In this document: piece after piece, positions 12,027 to 21,527 of the stretch
How positions within the stretch are numbered: the stretch's first letter is position 1
Layout: every line of letters begins with the position of its first letter
Assembly (NCBI GenBank): GCA_965113315.1
Contig: OZ220371.1
Source of the DNA: Podarcis vaucheri
Lineage: Eukaryota
Direction: 5' to 3' (one strand)
DNA length: 64,000 nt
Program-made: the position numbers and the translations under genes
The notes under the pieces: generated by a model
What the model was told of the DNA's origin: nothing
What the model saw: the letters and a program-made list of their open reading frames with translations, nothing else
The model's database searches: none

Positions 12027-14699
12027 AAAATAATAATCTATATTAGAAACCAAGTTCACACTGAATATTAATAAATTCACTCATGATGTGGTATCATTGA
12101 TGGAAAAAAATGGTGTGACAAGACGATTATCAAAAATCTGTGGTAACTAGCTCATAAACCATTCATATATTAAGCAGACAAGTTTGAAAATCTGATCTGA
12201 AAAGAACCAACCCACTGAGTCACTCCGCCCATCTGAGCAAATGTATGGCAAATGTAGGGGAACAAAGGTCAGGTTCTGAGAGAATGGTCGGACAAGGCAG
12301 AGGTCAGATTCTGGCAAGTCCAGGAAAGCAGGTAGCACCCTGGATAGCTCCGAATGAGGTTAAAGTTGAAGCACCAGAGAAGGCTTCAACAAGCAGCAAG
12401 ACTAGCCTTAAACAGAACTACAGCTCCATCTGGGTACCTAGAAGCACCCTCAGTGACCAAAGCTTCTTTGGTTAAAGTTGTGACTGAGTTAACAGGGAAT
12501 GCATCTGATAGCAAGCATACGTCAGCTGGGATTTCAGGACTAGAGCTGTTGGAGCCAAAGAACAGCAATAGGACCTTCTCAGGCCACAGAGGTGTGGGCC
12601 AAATGAAAGTGAATATTCTTAGGAAATTGGATGACATAAAGCCAATAATTTATTGTGCAGCTATTCTGGGCTCCTGAGGAATCACGCCATACAGGCAACC
12701 CTATTTATGACCACTTTTTCTATTAAGAATGAATAGTGGGGGGAAATGGGAATGGCAGAGGGGAGGTGATGAACTGGAAAACAAGACTATAGGTGAAGGA
12801 AGAAGTGCTACAGAGAACAAATGAAAATAAAGAAAAATGAGAGGCATACGTACATTGTATATGCCAGAAGAATAAGGTCTTTTAGTTCAAACACATTTAG
12901 TATTTCACTGTAGGCTGTAGCTCTTGTTTCTCCCTTCCCAAGCTTTGGCATCACATTACTCTGCTGGAACTTGAATAGGGGTCTGCAATGCTACTCTTGA
13001 TCAGAATGACAATCCATGAATGAAATATAGCTACATCATAGCCCCGAAAACCACTCAATCATGCATAATATATGCGACAAAATGCTTTGGTAATGGGGCT
13101 GTAGACAGCTGTGCTTTGCTTTCGTGAGAAAAGAGCAACTCTTGCAAGTTTAAAGTAGGCAGAATAGCAAGAACATGTCATGGATCATCACTCCGAGGCA
13201 TATTTTATATATTATATAGCTAGCAGCCCATTAAAGTGCATTTTCCAACAATGAAACTTAACGGATTATATGTGGCTTAATAGGTTTGTAAAACGTATTT
13301 GGGGAACAGGGTGTGTGTGAAGGAACAACAGGCTTTAGGGCTTATGATAAAATCATCCAGACATCTCAGTGGTTACTTATAAATATGAAAGCTGTATCTC
13401 TGCACACCACTGAAATGAATATCCCAGATCAACAAACTGACAAGAGCCCTATTTTGGAGCTACTGCTACATTCCAGCTGTTTTGCCTCCTTCAAACCGTC
13501 TACATATTCCATACAAGTACTATGGTTGCTGAAATACCAGCCAGCAAATGACAAAATGTCAGTATGAATGTAGACACCCACGTCAGAGATAAAAGAGGCA
13601 CATTACATTCCAGTGACCTGTTGAAAAAGAAATTTGCTGGAAAGAAAGTCAAAGCATAATTGAAATTATCTTGAAGATGTGTAGCTTCTTTCTGCAGAAG
13701 TAGACATTTTGACTGCATAGATGCCGTGCTTAGTCAGTGGGAGATCATTTTCCATACATGCCCTAGCCAGGGTGGCAATGAAGCTAAGCTAAAAGTCTTT
13801 TAAACAAGCCTTGCAGAAGCAGGATCTGTATTAGAGGTTCTGTTGTATTTTACACCATGGGGTGGCTTCCATGGAAACATAAGTATGGGGAAACAACCTC
13901 CACCTCACCCACAGCAATAAAATCAGACCTCATGCAGCAGCTAGACACACTTTTCTGGGAAACATGCTTTCTGTTAAAGAATACTGATACCTGTATCTTT
14001 TGGAAGACAGGGAAAAGGCTGGGTGGTCCTCTAGTTGAGCAAATATTTATAGTGCTTCTTGCATCTAGTGTCCAGGGATGGGGAACTTGAGAACCTCCAG
14101 ATGTTGTGCAACTCTGACTTTCTTCCCCACCCCAATCCTTATCTAAACAACAGCTATTAAATAGCCACTGATTGTATGGCACCTTCATATTTGATGGTGG
14201 CATGTAGCTCACTTAAGGTTTAGAAGAACATATACATGCCACAGGAAAACTGGACAAATGTATGAATACATAAAGCAGTATTTGAAAGTAATGGCTGGGT
14301 GAGCAGGAGGCGTCATCTTAAAAATATTTTGTTAAAGTGAAGCTAGGTCTGTGTATAACTGCATACAAAGCTGCCTTATATTGGTAGAAACACACAATGA
14401 CTCAGTCTGCCTATAACAGGCTGCCTGTTAATACTAGCAACAGGCAGCAGCTCAGAAGAATCTTGGGCTGTGGTCTTTCCTAGTCCTGCTATGAAAGATC
14501 CATGGAAAAAATGGACAGCAGGGATCAGCTCTTGTATCTGCTGTTTGCATAGCATGGGCTCTGCTGAAGAACCACCTGATCCCGTCTTCACAAAGCAGAC
14601 CTTTCTCTGTCTTTATGCAGAATGTGTATTAGTTATCTTGAAACAGACTGGTAGAGAAATGTAAGAATTTGAGACAGGGCTTTTAAATAGTGGTGGCAG

Positions 14700-15007
14700 C
14701 CATGGTGGAGGAAGCCGCTCGGGCGCATGGGGCGGTGCGCCCAGGGACGGGGCGAGGCGCACTGTGGGGCCTCCGGAGTCTGCCTGCCTCCTCCCACTCA
14801 GCGGCCCTATAGCTGGGGGGAGGGAGGCAGCAGGCAGACCATTTGGACAGCACTGAGCCTGCGCGCGCCCAAGCCATCGCGTCTCTCCCAGGAGAGACGT
14901 GTGGCTTGGGCATGCTGCAGGCACCATGGTGAGTGCCGCCTGGCATTTTGTCACCCCCCTCAGTGGTGACACCTGGGGCGGCCCGCACCCACCTTCCTCT
15001 GTCCCTG
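14700..15007. mobile_element. GC-rich hAT-like MITE
   Basis: Degenerate 15-bp TIRs sharing GAGGAAG/CTTCCTC. Near-perfect 8-bp TSD GGTGGCAG (14692-99) / GGTGGCAA (15008-15). Internal hairpins. Confidence 0.7.
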
Positions 15008-15922
15008 GGTGGCAACACCTTTATATTTCGAATGTCACCTGTAAGTGTCCAATGGAAGCTTGCACATACTTGGGATCTGTCCCTTCCATTCACCAAATTT
15101 GAATTTCCATTTAATCAAAGACAAAATTGAAGAAGGAAAAGGAGGCGGAGCACAACCAAGATTTTTAGTATTACCACAAAGGGGGGACATAAAATATTCT
15201 GGGTGGAATTCAACTAGCACTAAGAAGAGCATTCCATCAGCACAAACATTTGTGCTGGCCCAATGGAACAATCTCCCCTCTCCTCATCCTGCGCAGGCCC
15301 TCTGACTTGCCTGTAAATAGGTCTGAGATGTGGTTATAACTGCTGCTCCCGCTGCCACAAAAGCACTCTGCTCAGGTTGTTTTGTAGCCGTTTTCATTTG
15401 CAGATCCTTCTTACACAGTCTATTGCTACCTTCTTTCTCTCTCAGCTTTCCGTAGGGGCCTTTCCTGCTCCCATAGGGACATGATTTGGGAGAATGACAA
15501 ATTTATGTCTTTCCGTCACTCAAAATACATAGCAAGATTAAGAATGAATGCTAATACTCTTTTCTCCATCTCAAAATTCTTTCAGAGGAAACTGTTAGAA
15601 CTTCAAGAAACATGTTTGTATACAGTGCAAATTGCATTTGTTTTGCTTCTATTTTACCAGCATGCTCCAGAATAAAATCTTTGGATATTACCCCCATGTG
15701 AAATTCAGTAAGGTTCATTAAGCAAGGCAACAACCCTCAGAAAAGGAGAAAGAATAGTTGCTCTTGAGACAGTTTTCCTCACAGATTCTTAAATTTTAAG
15801 AAGTTTCTTTAAAATTGTGAAAAACAGCTTGTTAAAGACCTTTCAGTAAAATTAAACTATGATTGTTTTAAGAATCTATGTGTCTGCCAAATCCTATGCT
15901 TGATCCACACCTAAATACGATA

Positions 15923-15967
15923 TTTATTGAAAGGAAGACATATTAACATGAAAAAACACATTTTATT
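15923..15967 (-). terminator. Tandem polyadenylation signals AATAAA (15967-15962 and 15928-15923)
   Basis: Two tttatt hexamers on the + strand. A UG/U-rich tract (TGTGTTTTTTC) follows the first one on the minus strand. Confidence 0.75.
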
Positions 15968-17549
15968 GCACTTAAGTTATAAGAAAATAAAATTTCTAAG
16001 TGAATCAAATCATAGACACAATCCCTTTAAAGGTCGTTTTCCTCCATCCTGTCAGGTTGTTACATAACTAAAATTAACAAACTGAAATCTGATTTAAAAA
16101 AAAAATCAGACTATAAATAAACCAAAAAGGAGAGGGGAGGGGAAACAAGATCGCCTAGGATACAGTGTTAAACCACTTTCACAGTTCAGCTTGAGTTGTG
16201 GCTCTTGGAGAATGAGGCAAACCAATTGATAATTGCATTTTTTTTTCATGTGACAACTTTACCACAAAAACCAAATCGCTTTTGCTTGTCAGTTCCTCAC
16301 CACCATAAAACTGTAACAGTCATTCTTCTCAAATTCTGTAAAACACTAAGACTGACCAGCAATTTATTTTCATTGTTGTATGTTTCTTTTTTTAAAAAAA
16401 TCTTGTCAGTTTCATTATGTCTGTTTATTCCATTCACCACAGCCCTCACAAAGAAACGTTTCCCCACAGAACAGGCCGCAAGAGCTTTGTTCCAAGGAAT
16501 GTGTTTTAATTTTTGCCCAGAAAAAAAGAAAAGAAAAAAAAGAAAAGAAAAAGCTTTGCACGCACTCTCAATTCTTTACTTGCAAGCAAACTTCACTCTA
16601 AATTGTCTGAAACTCTTCCACTCTCAGCCTCTTAGANNNNNNNNNNNNNNNNNNNNNNNNNNNNNNNNNNNNNNNNNNNNNNNNNNNNNNNNNNNNNNNN
16701 NNNNNNNNNNNNNNNNNNNNNNNNNNNNNNNNNNNNNNNNNNNNNNNNNNNNNNNNNNNNNNNNNNNNTTTCCTTTCATTTAGCAGCATAAATAAGTTTG
16801 GCCACTGGGAATACAGTACAGGGGTGGGACAACAATCCCAGAGTTGAAGACCTACTTCTAGCACCAGCATCATGTATTAAAACCATCTGAGGAATCTCCA
16901 AATTCTGGACAACTTGCCACCTCAGAGCAACTTATGCATTGAAGAGCATAGATGGAAGCAACAGTTAATAAGATCAACAGAGGCTAATACTGTGATTGAC
17001 ATTGGCAATGGTTGGCAAAATTAACATAAAAAAGCTGTAAAACTGTACAAAAACAATTCACAGTAAGATTTTAGCTTTTCCACACATGGAAAGGACTCTT
17101 TGCTGTCACAGATGCTCTCTTCTTTGAAAGACAATCAGTAACTAATAATGGAGGTATGAAGCTCCTTTCTAGATTTCCGTGGTAAAAGAACAGGGTTAAC
17201 AAGAATCGTAACAACTTTTTAAGTTTCCACCATGCTCAACGAGCACTGAGAGGAACACACAAAAGAAATAATTGCACCTGGCTTGATTTGGAAAGTCATA
17301 TTTTGCAAAGCTGCCCCCATTCAAAAGTGAAGCTTTCGATGTAATGAGACAGCAAATGCCTCTCTTGTCAGTTACAGTTCGTCAACTTTGTGTCTTCTCC
17401 TTCGTAGTCTGTAGGTCTTTAGGATCTGTTGCCCCAAGCCAACATCCTGCACCACCAAGGACAAGGGATTATTTTTTTCCTTTTTGCAGAGGGAGGGAGG
17501 GAGGATAGAACATTATTTGCATTTCTGGACAAAATAATCTTTTCAAGCT
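15940..17549 (-). other. FBXW7: FBXW7 3'UTR (~1.6 kb, includes a 132-N gap)
   Basis: Repeat-free AU-rich sequence between the stop codon and AATAAA, with many miRNA seed matches. The 3' end is approximate. Confidence 0.8.
16637..16768. other. Assembly gap (132 N) inside the 3'UTR
   Basis: Run of N. Confidence 1.
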
Positions 17550-17818
17550 TCACTTTATATCCACATCAAAGTCCAATACCAGCAGCTTGGTTTCCTCAGT
17601 CCCGTTCCGGCTTCCAACTGCACAAACTAGCTTCGTGTTAGAGGCTCTGATCCGCCACACCACACCTCCACTGCCTCCGCTTTCCAATGTAACCAGATTT
17701 CGGATAAATTCACCCGTTTTTAAGTCCCATAGTTTTACAGTCCCATCATCTGAGCTGGTAATTACAAAGTTCTTGTTGAACTGTAAACAGGTCACAGCAC
17801 TTTGATGCTTGTTGGGAC
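17550..17818 (-). CDS. FBXW7: FBXW7 terminal coding exon (269 nt; PNKHQSAVTCLQF...LLVLDFDVDIK*)
   Basis: Includes ORF 17550..17795. Acceptor ctttag, stop TGA at 17552-17550. The spliced beta CDS totals 1902 nt (633 aa + stop) with all phases consistent. Confidence 0.98.
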
Positions 17819-19827
17819 CTAAAGCAATTGAAGACAGGAAACAAGGGAAATGTCAGACAGAGGCTAGCGTGTAATCTGCTCAATAGATCAAAAACAGAAA
17901 GTAGAGGAAAATTTGCCAGTAGCAACTGAAGAAGTACTCCTGGCTTAAAAACACCTTGCCGAGAGAAAAGGAGAAACCAATATGAAATTAACAGCTGTCA
18001 TAGTGCTGCACTTTACACACCTGAGGAAAAAGCATGATATGCGGTGGCAGCTACCATGATTTCTCTTTCTTGGGTGAGAAGAAAGAGCACAGAAACAGAG
18101 TCATCCTAGAATGACTTGTTTAAAGCAGGCTGGCAGTGCTTGTCCATCTTATCTGAAGATGACCTTGCAAAGCTATGAAGACTGTAGAAGGAGGTGTCTA
18201 TGGGGAAGGCTGCTCCTCTTTTGCCATCTGAAATCCATCCACAGTGCTTTTCCAACTAGGGGAAAACAATGCATCCCTGTGGCAGTTGTGTGAGTCATTC
18301 TTTCACGTAGCAGAGAGGAGAATAGAGCAGTGTGTGGTGCGTTCTTGATTTTTATTTGCAAGACTGCCTTCTTAATGACATTTTCTCATCAACCCACATG
18401 AATAACCAAACTTTAACGAAAGGTTCCAGTCTGAGAATAATAATAAGCGTATTTGGCTTAACTGCATGATGGACTTTCCATAATAACTTACGGATAAAAG
18501 CCTGTAAAAACCATATTTCAAATCTGATAGTATGTTTTAAAAACCAGACTCTTATTTTTAAAGACTTGTTTTGAAAAGAATATGCCTACATATCTATGCA
18601 TATATGTCCATGCAATAAACAAAAGAAACGCTAACATTTTTCTTTCCCTCCCCCACTCTTCACCTTTTTTAATGCCACACGTACTCTGAAATCATTCTTT
18701 TTGATTTATATGAATAGGCAGCGTGTTCTTATGTACTGTCTGCCTTTCCAATTAACCTCCAGCCACTAGAATGTCTCAATAACTTCCGAATGAAAATAAT
18801 GAGTTGCTGTTTTAATGACTGCATTTTTTCAGATTAATGTGGTTTATTAGAGTAAATAAATTAGATTAAATAACCTGAACAAATTTTCAACTGTCTCAGA
18901 CTGTTTTCTTCAGCAATAAATATTTCTACTAGATCAGTGCATAACCACCGACAGGCAGTTCATAGAAAAATGATGCCCAAGGACAATGTGTCTGATTCTG
19001 GAGCTTTGTTTTTCTTGCTTTATTTTATTTGTTAAAATTTATGTTCCTTTCTTTTCTTCAAAGTACTAGGTACTCATTTAGAACACAGCTTGGCTAAATG
19101 TACAATTGAAGCACTTCTCTAGTGTTAATTTTATCCTGTAGAATACTTCAGTTTTAATTACGCAACATGGCCAGTTGGTCTTTTTCAGAGAAAGGTTCCA
19201 AGGCACGCAGACATTCTGCACCTGCAAGGTGTCATTTGAAAGCCCAGGGCATAATATCCTGGTCAGAAACTAATTCCCTAGGAAAACCACATTTGGAAAG
19301 AACTGAGGGAGGGGTGGAGTCAAAGTGACCCATTGCAGAGTCAAAGTACCTTTTCTACCTTTTGGGTGGCAACTTAGGGTTTGGGCAGAAAGCACTCCAG
19401 AATGCTTCACTGCCATAGATGGGCAATTATAAATTCAGACAGGATGCTTATGGGTGTCAAAATTCCTATGACCTCTCTCTCAATGGCTAAGTATTTAATT
19501 GCTTAGGAAAAACTTGTTCCTTCCTCTTTGCTATTATAGCATATCTGACTGCCATTTATTATACTTTTCTTGCCAACGAAAAGAAACTATTACAACAGAA
19601 CAAATCATTCAGCGATATCAAGAGAGAACAGCAGAAACAGAGATGGAAGATGCAAAAGTGAGTATTTCCCCCCATATTCATTTCCCACCAGCAGATGAGC
19701 CTATCCTCTTTATTGTATTCAGATCTTAAGCATGTGTTCAATTTATAACTGCATGTGTAGAGTCATTAATACTGCGTTGTCCTGTGAGAATTTTACATTT
19801 AGTTCCATAAGACCATGAGAAGCTTAC

Positions 19828-20038
19828 CTTGCAACGTTTGTAAACACTGTCCTGTTTTGATATCCCAGATTTTGACTGTAGAATCTGCATTCCCAGAGAC
19901 AAGAATGTTGTCCTTGAGTTCCATCCCACTTGTTAACGACTGGTGACCTGTTAATGTGTGAATGCAGTTTCCGGTCTCTACATCCCAAACTCTGATTGAA
20001 GTGTCAAGAGACCCACTCACCACGTGGATACCATCAAA
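19828..20038 (-). CDS. FBXW7: FBXW7 common exon 9 (211 nt; WD40 [19 protein letters not shown]...GQCLQTLQ-G)
   Basis: Overlaps ORF 19799..20023. Acceptor cccttag, donor G|GTAAGC. Confidence 0.98.
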
Positions 20039-20141
20039 CTAAGGGGGGAAATGTGAACTAAATTAATATATTTTTATTGTTTAAAAAATCTGTAAACACT
20101 GATTATGTTTACTTCTACAGTCCCATACATAGCTAGATATG

Positions 20142-20258
20142 TAATAATAATAATAATAATAATTTTTATTTATATCCCGCCCTCCCCAGCCAAGACCAGG
20201 CTCAGGGCGGCTAACACCAGGTATAAAAACAATTGATTAAAACACAACATTAAAATGC
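20142..20258 (-). mobile_element. L2 3' terminus, same tail family as 5060-6092
   Basis: Reverse complement GTTAGCCGCCCTGAGCCTGGTCTTGGCTGGGGAGGGCGGGATATAAATAAAAA(TTA)n closely matches 6024-6092. Confidence 0.8.
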
Positions 20259-20826
20259 AGCCTCATTTCAGTAGAAACTCAAATCAAAAACTTTTTGGGG
20301 ATAAGCATTTCTGATATACTTTCAGAAACAGTAAGATCATTTCAGATTGCTCACTGCTGCCTAAACCCAGCTTCTCTGGTTTAATTTATTGATATCCAAA
20401 TATAGGCTACACTGTGACTCAAATTGCTCAAGGAACTACTCCACATGTACCTGGAACAAGTGACTATGGCCAAACTAGCCGGAACCTTACTTACAGATAC
20501 ACAAGGGTTTCCCTAAATCACAAAGATGATCTGTAGTATGTCCCACTTCACTTTCAAAGAGAAAAGGGCTAATCTAGAGCATGTTTCATTACATCCTTGT
20601 ATATTATTTTAATATTACCTGTTAATGCTGTGTATTAAAAAAAAACATTATTTTAATACAGATGCAAGCTTTGATTGGTTTAAATTTCCAGCTTGATCAA
20701 CCACATATATCTTGCCCTTGCCTAATAACAAATTACCGTATTTTTCGCACTATAGGACGCACTTTTTCCCCTCCAAAAATGAAGGGGAAATGTGTGTGCG
20801 TCCTATGGTACGAATGCAGGCTTTCG

Positions 20827-20888
20827 CTGAAGCCTGGAGAGCGAGAGGGGTCGGTGCCCACCGACCCCTCTCGCTCTCCAGGCTTCAG
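20827..20888. repeat. Perfect 30-bp inverted repeat with 2-nt spacer
   Basis: CTGAAGCCTGGAGAGCGAGAGGGGTCGGTG-CC-CACCGACCCCTCTCGCTCTCCAGGCTTCAG. Confidence 0.97.
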
Positions 20889-20897
20889 GAGAGCCCC

Positions 20898-21527
20898 ACC
20901 GCCAGCCCCACAAGCTCGGGGGACAGCGGGAGAGGCGCAGCGCGCCCTTCCCGCTGTCCCCCGACTTGGTTAGAAGGCTGGCGGGGGGAGAAGCCTGCTC
21001 CTCCCTGTCGCCAGCCCCGCAAACTCGGGAGACAGCAGCAGGGGCGCAGCGCGCCTTTGCCGCTGTCCCCCGACTTGGCTAGAAGGCTGGCGGGGGGAGA
21101 AGCCTGCTCCTCCCCGTCGCCAGCCCCGCAAACTCGGGAGACAGCAGCAGGGGCGCAGCGCGCCTTTGCCGCTGTTCCCCGACTTGGCTAGAAGGCTGGC
21201 GGGGGGAGAAGCCTGCTCCTCCCCGTCGCCAGCCCCGCAAACTCGGGAGACAGCGGCAGGGGCGCAGCGCGCCTTTGCCGCTGTCCCCCGACTTGGCTAG
21301 AAGGCTGGCGGGGGGAGAAGCCTGCTCCTCCCCGTCGGCTGCCCCGCAAACCCGGGAGACAGCGGCAGGGGCGCAGCGCGCCTTTGCCGCTGTTCCCCGA
21401 CTTGGCTAGAAGGCTGGCGGGGGGAGAAGCCTGCTCCTCCCCGTCGCCAGCCCCGCAAACTCGGGAGACAGCGGCAGGGGCGCAGCGCGCCCTTCCTGCT
21501 GTCCCCCGACTTGGTTAGAAGGCTGGC
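20898..21527. repeat. GC/CpG-rich minisatellite, 109-bp unit x ~5.8
   Basis: The anchor GACTTGG recurs at 20963, 21072, 21181, 21290, 21399 and 21508, an exact 109-bp period. Confidence 0.97.

Noticed and set aside
12147-12677. Cluster of overlapping 63-107 aa ORFs
   Set aside because: No recognisable domain or splice structure; possibly a decayed LTR-type repeat that I cannot classify.
16088-16110. TCTGATTT-A7-AAATCAGA hairpin in the 3'UTR
   Set aside because: A short AT-rich stem that does not match a known element such as IRE, SECIS or CDE.
16196-16873. Long ORFs of 195 aa and 91 aa
   Set aside because: Inflated by the N gap and lying in the 3'UTR; no protein features.
17587-17805. Antisense ORFs over FBXW7 exons (also 26137..26340 and 31359..31541)
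   Set aside because: Antisense shadows of coding exons with no independent evidence.
20898-21527. Regular array with palindromic units, superficially CRISPR-like; ORFs 20662..20973, 20712..21191 and 21406..21768
   Set aside because: Whole units repeat with no unique spacers, the context is a eukaryotic intron and there are no cas genes. The ORFs are by-products of GC-rich repeats with a 109-bp (non-triplet) period.
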